Source: a virus (Duplodnaviria; Caudoviricetes). From it: a DNA stretch of 64,000 bases. The translations under genes were made by a program, and so were the position numbers. Numbering within the stretch: position 1 is the first letter of the stretch; each line of letters starts with the position of its first letter. The notes under the pieces were generated by a model, which saw only the letters and a list, made by a program, of their open reading frames with translations, did no database searches and was not told where the DNA came from. Of the stretch, positions 29,849 through 39,588 are shown piece after piece. The stretch covers positions 64,001-128,000 of the IMG/VR virus record IMGVR_UViG_2974673286_000001; one strand, 5' to 3'.

Positions 29849-30063
29849 TTGAGGTTATCGTAAAAAGTAAAATTAGCGGCAGATTAAAAAGAGGACTATT
29901 CACCGCAAGGCAGTTACTAGACACCTATGAGGATGACCTTGTCTGTACCCTGACGGAATGTAATTGCCAGCCTGTAGGGGAAACATACGTAGTAGACTGC
30001 AATTGCTGTGAAGAGTGGGAAGACTACGAGATTACATTTAATATTGAGAACAAGGGGGAGTAA
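29845..30063 (+). CDS. Cys-rich hypothetical protein
   Basis: CNC...DCNCC. Confidence 0.65.
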   Translation: MIEVIVKSKISGRLKRGLFTARQLLDTYEDDLVCTLTECNCQPVGETYVVDCNCCEEWEDYEITFNIENKGE

Positions 30064-30065
30064 AA

Positions 30066-30446
30066 ATGAAAATGTTAAAACTATCAGAACTACCTGATGA
30101 CACAGAGCTGGGGGTTGACGGGTCTGGCATAGTCCAAACAGTGGCTGAGATAAAGTGGGGAATACAGAAATACGGAGAACCTTACCACTTGGAGGGGGAC
30201 TGGTATACAATCAAACGGAAAAAGTGGCGTCCCGATGCAACTAGGATGTTAGAAGGTTACATTTATGATGAACTGGAGGATATGTATGACGATTGGGATG
30301 AACGAGCTTGGGACTGCCTCCCGGATGAAGTAGTAAGTAAAATTCAGGGTATACTGAACGAAGCTTTTAAAGGAGACTATGCTACAGCATACTGGACCTA
30401 CGAGCAGCCTGTGGATATTGATATTTACCCTCACCAGAAAGGATGA
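30066..30446 (+). CDS. Hypothetical acidic protein
   Basis: ORF in operon. Confidence 0.65.
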   Translation: MKMLKLSELPDDTELGVDGSGIVQTVAEIKWGIQKYGEPYHLEGDWYTIKRKKWRPDATRMLEGYIYDELEDMYDDWDERAWDCLPDEVVSKIQGILNEAFKGDYATAYWTYEQPVDIDIYPHQKG

Positions 30447-30452
30447 TTACAA

Positions 30453-30701
30453 ATGAAGTATACACAAAGATACCTATTATTCCGTTATTCTAATTACTAC
30501 CCTAGTGGTGGTCTACACGATGTGGACCTTGCATTTGACAACTTTGAAGAGTTCGAAAATTGGTACAAGGAAAACATTGATAGGCTATATGGTGAATACA
30601 CTGAATTGTTTGACTTTGAAAAACGGGAAATCATTTACGAGGATAAGGACACTGTGGACTTAGATAAAGTTAGAGAATTATTAAAGGGTGATGAGGATTG
30701 A
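30453..30701 (+). CDS. Phage protein, RYLLF...YYPxGG family
   Basis: RYLLFRYSNYYPSGG motif common in phage hypotheticals. Confidence 0.65.
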   Translation: MKYTQRYLLFRYSNYYPSGGLHDVDLAFDNFEEFENWYKENIDRLYGEYTELFDFEKREIIYEDKDTVDLDKVRELLKGDED

Positions 30702-30910
30702 AAACAGAACTAACCATTGACGGAGGTAACATCATTATCACCAGCATAGATGGTACATTCAGTGCTACAGTAGAGGTACAGACCGGGGAAGTTCTGCACT
30801 TTGAATACACTGAAGCTACTGTGCACCAGATCGCAACTTTTGCTAATAAAGTGAAGACAAGATACAATAAATTTCTCCAGAGCAAGGAGATAGATAATTT
30901 TATTAACTAA
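30698..30910 (+). CDS. Hypothetical protein
   Basis: Last gene before terminator. Confidence 0.6.
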   Translation: MKTELTIDGGNIIITSIDGTFSATVEVQTGEVLHFEYTEATVHQIATFANKVKTRYNKFLQSKEIDNFIN

Positions 30911-30941
30911 GTAGAGGGTTTTCTCCACCTCTACTTTTTTT
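30909..30941 (+). terminator. Rho-independent terminator
   Basis: AAGTAGAGG..CCTCTACTT followed by T-run. Confidence 0.75.
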
Positions 30942-31011
30942 AATCTGTGCTATAATGATGGTATAGGAAATTCACAAAATTCTGAATACTACATAGATTG
31001 GACGGATTAAA

Positions 31012-31785
31012 ATGACGAGAAAGAAGAGTTTGAACATCCATAATACTGATCGTCTCTTCAACCTCAACCTGACAACTAAACAGGACGAAAGCCAGTTTAT
31101 CAAGGTTACACGGTTGAATGAGAAGCAGATCGAGAAAGAGATGGATGAGCTGAAGGCACAGTCCCGGAGGTTCAATAAAAGAAATGAAAAGAGTTATATG
31201 TTGTACAAGCAGCGGTACGGTAATGACACTGTACAAGAGAAGGTTTTTGATCATGGAGGCTATATTTACTACTACACTACGGACCGGGTCCCAGTTCCGA
31301 TTATAAACAAGTTAGCTGCGGTCCCTCAGTCAGAAGTTATTTACAGCTGTAAAAAAGAGTTTACTTTGGATGAAATCAATAATGTACACCTAGTATCTAT
31401 GGCAACTAAAGTATCTGTAGATGTACCTATTGTGCTGCCGGATATTAACCCCTACGATTATTTATTCTCCCTAGCTCCACTAAGATACCATGTGGATAAA
31501 GTCCGTATCTCGTTCCCAGCACTAAGAGAGGAGGAGCTACAGGATAGGCATAAGCAATATTACGTGTTCTATAATGGGATGTACCACCTACGATCCAAAT
31601 ATAAGTACGATTGCTTTAAATATTTACAGGAGACACTATCTACTTGGAAAATGAATATCTGGCTAGTCTGTGATTCAAAGAATGATATGCACTCAGTAGA
31701 ACGAATGGTGGTAAGAGATAATAAGCGATTTAAGAACTCCACTTCTCCAGATCAAGGAGGTAGTAACAGTGGCATTGAATCGTAA
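31012..31785 (+). CDS. Conserved Herelleviridae protein upstream of HU
   Basis: 257-aa ORF in the conserved position before HU/polymerase. Confidence 0.65.
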   Translation: MTRKKSLNIHNTDRLFNLNLTTKQDESQFIKVTRLNEKQIEKEMDELKAQSRRFNKRNEKSYMLYKQRYGNDTVQEKVFDHGGYIYYYTTDRVPVPIINKLAAVPQSEVIYSCKKEFTLDEINNVHLVSMATKVSVDVPIVLPDINPYDYLFSLAPLRYHVDKVRISFPALREEELQDRHKQYYVFYNGMYHLRSKYKYDCFKYLQETLSTWKMNIWLVCDSKNDMHSVERMVVRDNKRFKNSTSPDQGGSNSGIES

Positions 31786-32065
31786 AGAAATTGCCCGGCG
31801 TATAGCACTTGAAGGCGGTTATAATATTGGTGATATTGAGCATGTACTAGAAGTATATGAAGACGTTATAGAAGCTGCACTAAAAAATGGAGAAGAGGTC
31901 AAACAAGGGAAGCTGTACAAAATCATTTTTCAAGAGCTACCGGAGAAGAAGGCATACGATGGACTTAATAAAAAATATTTTGTACGCAAAGCGAAGAAAG
32001 TTCCTAAGTTTAAGCCACTAACACGTATAACGAATATAGAGTTGCCTGTTACAGAAGAGGAGTAA
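31769..32065 (+). CDS. HU/IHF-like histone-like DNA-binding protein
   Basis: NRKEIARRIA...IEAALKNGEEV...AKKVPKFKP. Confidence 0.85.
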   Translation: MALNRKEIARRIALEGGYNIGDIEHVLEVYEDVIEAALKNGEEVKQGKLYKIIFQELPEKKAYDGLNKKYFVRKAKKVPKFKPLTRITNIELPVTEEE

Positions 32066-32085
32066 ATATACTCCTCTTTTTCATG

Positions 32086-32114
32086 TTGACAGACCGTATA
32101 TGTTATAGTATGAT
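32086..32114 (+). promoter_or_regulatory. sigmaA-type promoter
   Basis: TTGACA-17-TATGAT. Confidence 0.75.
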
Positions 32115-32147
32115 TATAGCTGTAATACAAAAGGGAGGGATCGTGTA

Positions 32148-35100
32148 TTGAAAGTTTTGTTTTTACAAGAGTACATCCGTGAGAACCATATGAAAAAGAC
32201 AGCAGAGAATACCTTAGCCAATGTTTTTTTCCAAACAAAGGGAGGGAAAATTCTTAAGAACCTTATCGAGAATGGGTTACACCTTGACAGGAGCCAGTAC
32301 TATATTGACTACGCATATGGGTTGGTGCCAAAGGTTATAGCTCGGGATAAGTTTAACAGAGCAACAAAGTATAAAGCACCTACCCAGAAAGAAGCAAGCC
32401 CGGAGTATGAACGTTTGTTCCAGAGGATTGTTAAAGAGAAGCCGGATATCATCATCCCTACAGGTAACTTAGGCTGCAAAGCACTAATTGGAAAAGCATC
32501 TATCTCATCTCAAAGAGGTGTACCCCAGAAAGTCGTTGTTAGAGCTAAGCAGCAGCAAACAACAGGACCATCTCGTGAAGAGGAGATTGTTACGCAATTA
32601 AAATCTCTGCGTAAAGAGTTAGAAGTAACACAGCAGGATATGCACCATCTTTTTTCAGGAGACCCCGACTTATACTACTTCTTAAGCGGAAAAGGTCTAC
32701 TGTTGGAGAATCACAGCCATTCCACATTAGAAGAAGCCGTCAACTATGCCTATGTGGTTTTGAATGACCGAGCTGGTATGCTAGATCAGCAGATTCGAGA
32801 ATTAGAAGCTTTAGGTATAGACGAAGAGCTCTATGAAGACGAAGGGCTGCTAAGACAGGCACAGGAAGAAGAACAGGAACACGAATGTTGGGTACTGCCA
32901 ATGTACAGTATGGAATACATGCTGGTAAACCCAAATATCCAGAATCTAATTGAAGCGGACTTTGTTACTCTGAAGAAATACATTGATCAAGGTGAGTCCG
33001 CTTTTGAAGCAGCTCCAGTGGACTATGAGTTCGTAGACAAAATTGAGAGAGTCCGAGAAATCTTTAAAGAGAAGGTTCCTAAGGCTCCCATTGTCGCATG
33101 GGACTTAGAGACCAATACACTACGACCAGAAAGCTTTGGTGCTAAGCCGCTAGTCATCTCTCTTTCTTGGGAAGAGGGTACCGGATGTACGATCCCACTG
33201 GAACACAAGGAGTTTCAATGGCTTCCCGGAGAACTGGCTGAAATTTATGGGTACATAGAGGAGTTTGTAGGTAACCCAGATATAATAAAAGTCGGTCATA
33301 ACATACAGTATGATATCCGGTTCTTACGCCTTGTTAGAGGATTCAATAAGTTTGAGAACCACCGAGACACCAAGATCATGTACTACTTACTAGTCAACCA
33401 AGAGGTTGAGAGTTCCCTTCGCTTAAGCGATCTCAGCTACGAGCTTACTGATATGGGTGGATATGACAAAGCATTAGAAGACTACAAGAAGAAGTATGTT
33501 ACAGATTACATTGCTAACGAGAAAGTTCGTATCGCTAAGATGAAGGAAGACTACAAAACAGAGGTAGCAAACAGAAAAGCTCAAGCAAAGGAATTAGGAA
33601 TAAAAGGAGTAGAGCTCCCGCCTAAACCAGATTTCCCTAAAGCAGAAGCCCCTAAGAACGAAGTTGACGGTAGTGACTTTAACTATGAGTGGATTCCGCT
33701 TGTTTCTATGCTATCTCCATATGCCGCAGGAGACGTAGATGCCTGCTTACGTATCCATAATAAACTAGATGCCATTGGTTTAAAACCAGAGAATGCCAGA
33801 GTCAGAGCTTTGTATACCACACACTATACTCAGCTGACTGTAGCGTTAGCTAAGATTGAGGCAAATGGGGTTAAGATGGATACGAAGTATACTGAGGGGC
33901 TCATAGATCGGTATACTGAGGAAGAGAATCGCATTCTTGAAGAGATGCGTAAGGTTCCTGAAGTACAGATGTTAGAGGAAGAACATCGAGCACTGTACCA
34001 GAAAGGGTTAGAAGAATGGGCAAAACCAAAAGCAATGCGAGACCTAGAAGTCGCAAAGCTAAGAGACAAGTACAAGAGCAAACTTGTTTTTAACCCTAAC
34101 TCTCCAGAAGACAAGAAGAAGGTACTGTTTTACTACACAGGGAATACTCTACCATATAACAAAGAGTATATCGTCAAGTCTGCTTTCGAAGATGGTATTC
34201 CTGAAGATCAGATTGAATGGTACCATTACGGAGCGGATAAACATGCTCTAGCCTACGTTAAGGAGAACTACGAAGCATCCGCCCACTTAGCGGACCTGCT
34301 ATTAACACACTCCTTGGTTAAAACCCGGAAGCAGAACTTTACATACAAGCTTTTAGGAATGGTAGACCGTTTAGGAAGACTACATGGAGGATTTAACCCA
34401 ACAGGTACTGCAACAACACGTCTTTCCTCTCAGAGTCCTAACTTACAGCAGATGCCACGTAAAACAGGGGATGTGACCCGGTTTGACTACAAGCACCCAA
34501 TTAAACGGATGTTTGTAACAAGTTTCCCGGGAGGAGCTCTGCTTCAGCTTGACTACAGCTCTCTAGAATCTCGTGTACTGGCACTTGTAGCTAAGGATGA
34601 GAAGATGACACAAGCCTTCTTGGATGGCGAGGACGTGCATAAGGATACTGCATCTATGGTATTTAACGTACCAATTGACAAGGTTACAGATGACCAACGT
34701 TCAGATGCAAAGTCTACAACGTTCGGTATCGCCTATGGGGAGACTCCATTCTCATATTATGCTAAGCACAACATGACTTTAGAGCAGGCAGAGAAGCTCT
34801 TTGACGACTTCTTTAGAAACAAGCCACGTATCAAGAACTTTATTGATGAGACCCATGAGCAAGTTAAGCGGGATGGATATGTTGAGTGTATGCAAGGATT
34901 CAGACGGAGTCTACGAGACGTGTACTCTCAAGACAAGTCTAAGCGTAATGCTGCACTAAGACAGTCTGTAAACACCAAGATTCAGGGTTCAGGTGCTTTC
35001 TTAACAAACACATCAGTTATTCATATCATTAAGTTCATTGAGGAGCACAACTTACGTTCTAAGGTTATCCTGACAGTACATGACTCCATTGTAATTGACT

Positions 35101-35441
35101 GCCCACCTGAAGAAATCCACATCATGGCTGAGGCAGCTAAACACATCATGGAGAACTTGCCGATTGACTGGTTGTTCATTGACTGGAAAGGTGAAAAACT
35201 CCGTTACCCTATTGCCGCAGATGTTGAGATTGGGGTTAACTACAATGACATGGTAGGCTACGATAAGGAAGAGCTTGATTCTTTTAGCAGTGTAGCGGGC
35301 TACTGTAAGTATCATTTAGACCTGAAGAACGTCAAGAACTATAAGAACTCCAAGGTGATTACAGAAGAGAAGTTTGAAGAGCTCACAGAGGTTATTAAGA
35401 GCAAGAAAAACGTGTATCAAAATTTAGGCGCTATAGCATAA
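32148..35441 (+). CDS. polA: Family A DNA polymerase with N-terminal UDG-like domain and 3'-5' exonuclease
   Basis: KPDIIIPTG (UDG-like), WDLET, YAAGD, TTRLSSQSPNLQQMP, DYSSLESR, KSTTFGIAYG, VHDS; no intron/intein. Confidence 0.95.
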   Translation: MKVLFLQEYIRENHMKKTAENTLANVFFQTKGGKILKNLIENGLHLDRSQYYIDYAYGLVPKVIARDKFNRATKYKAPTQKEASPEYERLFQRIVKEKPDIIIPTGNLGCKALIGKASISSQRGVPQKVVVRAKQQQTTGPSREEEIVTQLKSLRKELEVTQQDMHHLFSGDPDLYYFLSGKGLLLENHSHSTLEEAVNYAYVVLNDRAGMLDQQIRELEALGIDEELYEDEGLLRQAQEEEQEHECWVLPMYSMEYMLVNPNIQNLIEADFVTLKKYIDQGESAFEAAPVDYEFVDKIERVREIFKEKVPKAPIVAWDLETNTLRPESFGAKPLVISLSWEEGTGCTIPLEHKEFQWLPGELAEIYGYIEEFVGNPDIIKVGHNIQYDIRFLRLVRGFNKFENHRDTKIMYYLLVNQEVESSLRLSDLSYELTDMGGYDKALEDYKKKYVTDYIANEKVRIAKMKEDYKTEVANRKAQAKELGIKGVELPPKPDFPKAEAPKNEVDGSDFNYEWIPLVSMLSPYAAGDVDACLRIHNKLDAIGLKPENARVRALYTTHYTQLTVALAKIEANGVKMDTKYTEGLIDRYTEEENRILEEMRKVPEVQMLEEEHRALYQKGLEEWAKPKAMRDLEVAKLRDKYKSKLVFNPNSPEDKKKVLFYYTGNTLPYNKEYIVKSAFEDGIPEDQIEWYHYGADKHALAYVKENYEASAHLADLLLTHSLVKTRKQNFTYKLLGMVDRLGRLHGGFNPTGTATTRLSSQSPNLQQMPRKTGDVTRFDYKHPIKRMFVTSFPGGALLQLDYSSLESRVLALVAKDEKMTQAFLDGEDVHKDTASMVFNVPIDKVTDDQRSDAKSTTFGIAYGETPFSYYAKHNMTLEQAEKLFDDFFRNKPRIKNFIDETHEQVKRDGYVECMQGFRRSLRDVYSQDKSKRNAALRQSVNTKIQGSGAFLTNTSVIHIIKFIEEHNLRSKVILTVHDSIVIDCPPEEIHIMAEAAKHIMENLPIDWLFIDWKGEKLRYPIAADVEIGVNYNDMVGYDKEELDSFSSVAGYCKYHLDLKNVKNYKNSKVITEEKFEELTEVIKSKKNVYQNLGAIA

Positions 35442-35460
35442 AAAAGTTTGTGGAATATAG

Positions 35461-35489
35461 TTGACACACAGACATAGTTATAGTAAGAT
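35461..35489 (+). promoter_or_regulatory. sigmaA-type promoter
   Basis: TTGACA-17-TAAGAT. Confidence 0.7.
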
Positions 35490-35558
35490 ATAGATACAGA
35501 GGGAGGGCAGCCGGAACCTTCACTGCTTTCTCTTTGTTTCTAGCATAAGTGAGGTGAG

Positions 35559-36071
35559 ATGGTGTTAGACGTTAAGATCGACAGTCTAGATTTTTATTTA
35601 CTCAAACTAATAGACGAGAACGGAGAATTTCAGGAGTATGACCTCCGAGAGGAGCTGGCTGTAAATGAGGACAACTTTGAAGTTGAAATGATTGAGCAGC
35701 CTGCTAAGTACATCTACTGGTCCTCTATCTTAGAGAAGCTAAAAATGTTCCAAGAGAGCGTAGAACTAGAGCTAGAAGTAGTAGTAGCTAGATTAGACCA
35801 GCAAGCCCGAGATGCTCTAAAGGAAACTGCAACAAAGCCAACAAAGGACATGGTGGACTCTTATATAAAGAGACAACCGGAGTACGAGAAGGCTAAGAAG
35901 AAAGAGATTTACTATAACTATGTTGTAGGTCGTATTCAGCGGATCGTAAAGTCTTTCGAACAACGTAAAGACATGTTACAGTCTTATGGAAAACAGGTGC
36001 TAGAGAGTAAACAGTATGGTCAAGGGGCAGGTTCAAAGCTAGTTAACCCGCAAGTCCCGGGGCAGTATTAA
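35559..36071 (+). CDS. Conserved helical protein, possible UvsY-like recombination mediator
   Basis: Coiled-coil; SFEQRKDMLQS motif; position between polymerase and SSB/RecA. Confidence 0.55.
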   Translation: MVLDVKIDSLDFYLLKLIDENGEFQEYDLREELAVNEDNFEVEMIEQPAKYIYWSSILEKLKMFQESVELELEVVVARLDQQARDALKETATKPTKDMVDSYIKRQPEYEKAKKKEIYYNYVVGRIQRIVKSFEQRKDMLQSYGKQVLESKQYGQGAGSKLVNPQVPGQY

Positions 36072-36104
36072 TAAAAATATTGAGCTATAACTCACTTAAA
36101 ATAG

Positions 36105-36133
36105 TTGACATATGATATAATGTATGTTAGACT
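36105..36133 (+). promoter_or_regulatory. sigmaA-type promoter
   Basis: TTGACA-17-TAGACT. Confidence 0.7.
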
Positions 36134-36182
36134 GTTTTTATAGAAACAAAAAAAAATACCTACACAGGAGGAGAAAATTTAT

Positions 36183-37520
36183 ATGTCATTCCAAGACTTA
36201 TTGAATGAAGAATCCAAAATTTTAGACGAGCAGCAGAAAGGCGAAGGTGTAAAATATCCAAAAACAAAGCATGATCGTTTGTTCTTTGGTAAAAACTCTC
36301 CGCAGCACTTCGTTCAAGTGCTTCCGGCAGCTGACTTACATAGCAAATTTGCCGTACCAACAAGAAAAATCTTTTTGTCTACTAGAAGTTCTCAAGGTAA
36401 AGAAATTAATGCCAACTTCACACTAGATGCTTCACCTAACCCGGGCTCTTTACTGGAGCAGAAAATTACTGAGTGGGCAGATAGACAAATGATCCCTTCC
36501 GGTTATGGCGGACAGCAAGCACCTCGTGTCGTATACTTACTCAACGTTGTTAAGGTAGGTCAAGATAACGCAGGTAACTGGTTCCAAGAACGAGATGAAC
36601 AAGGTAACCTTGTGGTACGTGTTCTTGAATTACCTCAGTCAGGATACCGTAACCTAGTTAATAAATTGAAGGACCCTTTACTTAATCAGTCTAAAACTGA
36701 TCTTTCTTTCCTTGACATTAACAGAGCATCACCTATTCGTATCTCTAAACCAGCTAAGAATCAAAAAGAGTATCCAGTAGAGGTTTACTCCTCTATTAGC
36801 CTTCCGCCTCTCGGTCAAGGATGGGAGAGCCAACTTGAGGACTTATACGCTCAGGCTACACCAACAGAAATGCTTGAAAATGGAGCTAGCTGGGTACAAG
36901 CTTTCATTGACATGAAAGAAGGTAGAAAACCAAACGGAGGCGGAAGTGCTGCGCCACAGCAACCACAGGTTAACCCATTTGCACAGCAACCGCAAGCCAA
37001 CCAGTTTGCGCCGCAACAACCGCAGACTAATCAGTTTACACAGCAACCGCAAGCCAACCAGTTTGCGCCGCAACAACCGCAGACTAATCAGTTTGCACAG
37101 CAACCGCAGGTTAACCCATTTGGACAACCGCCACAGGCGGAGCCGTTTGCACAACAACAGCAGCAACCAGCTCCACAGATGCCAAATACGCCTGTAATGA
37201 ATACACCGCAGCTCCCACCAACAGGAGGGTATGCAGCACAACCGAATATTGAAATGCCTACAGGTATGAATCAAGCTCCATTACAGACTCCACCTGTAGC
37301 TCAACCGGAACAGCCTGCTGCTCCACAGGACGGTTTAATTACTGATGCACTTCCTGAAGACTTTGGTATCTCGGCTCCACAAACACAGGCAGCACCAATG
37401 CCACCACAGCAGCCGAACGTACCAGCTCCAGAAAATCAAGATAGACCAGCGGCAGACACATTCAATACTCAAGGTCTGCCAGATATTGATGCGATGCTGG
37501 ATAACGAGCTTGGTAGCTAA
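36183..37520 (+). CDS. ssb: Single-stranded DNA-binding protein with Q/P-rich linker and acidic tail
   Basis: gp32-like N-terminal half (VQVLPA), low-complexity linker, DIDAMLDNELGS tail; position before recA. Confidence 0.7.
   Translation: MSFQDLLNEESKILDEQQKGEGVKYPKTKHDRLFFGKNSPQHFVQVLPAADLHSKFAVPTRKIFLSTRSSQGKEINANFTLDASPNPGSLLEQKITEWADRQMIPSGYGGQQAPRVVYLLNVVKVGQDNAGNWFQERDEQGNLVVRVLELPQSGYRNLVNKLKDPLLNQSKTDLSFLDINRASPIRISKPAKNQKEYPVEVYSSISLPPLGQGWESQLEDLYAQATPTEMLENGASWVQAFIDMKEGRKPNGGGSAAPQQPQVNPFAQQPQANQFAPQQPQTNQFTQQPQANQFAPQQPQTNQFAQQPQVNPFGQPPQAEPFAQQQQQPAPQMPNTPVMNTPQLPPTGGYAAQPNIEMPTGMNQAPLQTPPVAQPEQPAAPQDGLITDALPEDFGISAPQTQAAPMPPQQPNVPAPENQDRPAADTFNTQGLPDIDAMLDNELGS
36955..37130 (+). 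repeat. Intragenic tandem repeat, 57-bp period
   Basis: cagcaaccgcaagccaaccagtttgcgccgcaacaaccgcagactaatcagttt at 36984 and 37041, flanked by QQPQVNPF copies. Confidence 0.9.
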
Positions 37521-37527
37521 AATGAAT

Positions 37528-37553
37528 AGAGCCTAGTTTAACGACTAGGCTTT
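37528..37553 (+). terminator. Hairpin/terminator between ssb and tad1
   Basis: AGCCTAGT-ttaacg-ACTAGGCT followed by short T-run. Confidence 0.55.
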
Positions 37554-37581
37554 CTATATCAAATACATACAGGAGGAAGTT

Positions 37582-37950
37582 ATGGAAGAGTTAAAACATG
37601 AGTTACTGTCTAATGAGCATACGCAAGTGTTTCATGAAGAGGAAGATGAAATGGAGTTCAATGCCCCTCACCATTTTGTGGTGGTTCCTGCCAAGGGGGA
37701 GGGTTTTGTACCTACACTTGCAGAGATAGATTTTCAATCAGGTCCAATCAAAGAAAACGGTGTTAATGGAGTTATGAATGAGGACCTCCTCGCAATTGTT
37801 ATTACTCGTCTACAGCATTTTCAGAATAGTGAATTTAGTTGCCGGGAGAATGAAATGGCACTTACAAAATTAGAAGAAGCTCTTATGTGGCTCAATAAGC
37901 GTAGAGACGAACGAAAACAACGTGGCGTATTAGGTACAAACGAGAAGTAA
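37582..37950 (+). CDS. tad1: Thoeris anti-defence sponge Tad1 (Tad1/Acb2 superfamily)
   Basis: NAPHHF, FQSGPIKENGVNGVMNEDLL, RLQHFQNSEFSCRENEMALTKLEEALMWL..R..ER..RGVLGT: full Tad1 signature, about 120 aa. Confidence 0.9.
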   Translation: MEELKHELLSNEHTQVFHEEEDEMEFNAPHHFVVVPAKGEGFVPTLAEIDFQSGPIKENGVNGVMNEDLLAIVITRLQHFQNSEFSCRENEMALTKLEEALMWLNKRRDERKQRGVLGTNEK

Positions 37951-37972
37951 TTCAACACTGGAGGGAACAAGA

Positions 37973-39175
37973 TTGGCTAAGAAAAAACAACATAATAAAA
38001 AATCAGTAGAGCTAAACTTACAGGAGCTAGGAGAAGATGTAGGCTTAACTTTGCTTAGAGATTCCGATTATGCTATGGTATTTGACCGTTTACCTCTATT
38101 CCTACCGAAGATTGATAAGCAGTTCGGAGGAGGTCTCCCATTTGGACGTATGGTGGAGGTAGCAGGAAAGAACGCAGGAGGTAAATCGACTCTTGCTTTC
38201 CACGCAGCTAGGGTAGCTACAAAGCTTGGTTGTATTGTAGTACTAATTGACGTAGAAGGCACAGCAGATCGAGTTCGCCTAGCTCATTTGGGAGTAGATA
38301 TTAACAGTGTTTTTGTTAAGCAGCCTGACGAGTCTAAGGGAATCCGCCTTACTGTAGAGGAAATTGGTCGTACAATCGAGAGCACCCTAGAAGTGTTCAA
38401 GAGTAAGTACCCTGAGGTGCCTGTCATTTACATCTGGGACTCCCTAGGGCAAACTCCTTCAGAAACAGAACTGGAAAAAGATTATGGAGAGCACAATGTA
38501 GGTGCCCGAGCTAAAGCGATCACTCAGCTCATCACTAAAATCGCCCCTCAACTCTCTGAAACTAAGTCTATGCTGCTAGCAATTAACCAAATTCGAGATG
38601 ACATCGGGGGTAACCCTAAGTTTGCTACAGTAAAAGTTCCGGGAGGGAAGTCTTGGGAACACTTTGCTTCACTTCGTATTGAAATTAAGAAGAAGAATGC
38701 AATTACAAAAGGAGATACCAAGATCGGACACATCATGGGCGTAAAAGTCAACAAGTCAAAAGTGTCTCGACCACATACTGAAGAGAATGCATACCTCATT
38801 TCTGATAACGGCATCGACTATGAATATAACATTGCAAAAATGGCTGAAGACGCCAAGGTTCTTGGAGGAACTACGCAGAGTTACGAATACATAGACTCAA
38901 ATGGAGAACGACATAAAAAGAAGAAAGATGACTTTATTGAGTGGATGCGTACTCCAGAAGGGCAGCATGTTCGTGAGGAACTGTTGAACAAGCTTGTAAG
39001 TATTGAGTTCCCTGAAGGTTATGTCGCACTCAAGAATAAGACATTGGACATCTCTGGTTGGATTGACACTGTTCATGAAGTCGGGCTAACTCCTATGTCT
39101 GAACTGCCTGAGAGCACTGGTTCGGATACAGATGATATTTTAGCAGAAGTACATAATGAGATTAACGGGGAGTGA
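37973..39175 (+). CDS. recA: RecA/UvsX-like recombinase
   Basis: GGGLPFGRMVEVAGKNAGGKST, IDVE, WDS, INQIR, PGG. Confidence 0.93.
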   Translation: MAKKKQHNKKSVELNLQELGEDVGLTLLRDSDYAMVFDRLPLFLPKIDKQFGGGLPFGRMVEVAGKNAGGKSTLAFHAARVATKLGCIVVLIDVEGTADRVRLAHLGVDINSVFVKQPDESKGIRLTVEEIGRTIESTLEVFKSKYPEVPVIYIWDSLGQTPSETELEKDYGEHNVGARAKAITQLITKIAPQLSETKSMLLAINQIRDDIGGNPKFATVKVPGGKSWEHFASLRIEIKKKNAITKGDTKIGHIMGVKVNKSKVSRPHTEENAYLISDNGIDYEYNIAKMAEDAKVLGGTTQSYEYIDSNGERHKKKKDDFIEWMRTPEGQHVREELLNKLVSIEFPEGYVALKNKTLDISGWIDTVHEVGLTPMSELPESTGSDTDDILAEVHNEINGE

Positions 39176-39222
39176 GGCTAACGCCTCCCCCTTCACTAAA
39201 ATTTGAAAGGGTGGGTTCAGGA

Positions 39223-39588
39223 ATGCAGCAAAAGAATAACAACCATGGTGATATTGTAGCAAACACCCTACAGTACTACCGGGAAAGAACAAGCAGCAGC
39301 GGCACCCGAACCCCTAACCCCTATCTGGACATCAAGAAGGAGCTAGAGAAAACCATGAAAGAGGGTAAGCGTGTCTTAATTGATATTAGAGACTCTTACA
39401 GCGTTCAAACGGTGGTCTTGCGCTTCGACCGTGTTTATGACAGATGGGCAAAGGGGAGTTCGGTTTGCTATTTGGAAGGTAAAGAAGTTGAGGTGCCCTA
39501 TACAATCCATTACTCTGACATCATTTGCAGTCGAATGAAAGTCAAGGTAATCACGGAGGGGGATAACCCATTTGAGCAGAGACATTGA
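39223..39588 (+). CDS. Conserved protein between recA and late sigma
   Basis: PYTIHYSDI motif; conserved position. Confidence 0.6.
   Translation: MQQKNNNHGDIVANTLQYYRERTSSSGTRTPNPYLDIKKELEKTMKEGKRVLIDIRDSYSVQTVVLRFDRVYDRWAKGSSVCYLEGKEVEVPYTIHYSDIICSRMKVKVITEGDNPFEQRH

Noticed and set aside
32540-32885. Possible intein or intron in the DNA polymerase
   Set aside because: No intein terminal residues or LAGLIDADG/HNH motifs; the reading frame is continuous
36955-37130. Possible CRISPR-like repeat array
   Set aside because: Repeats are contiguous, in frame and inside ssb, with no unique spacers
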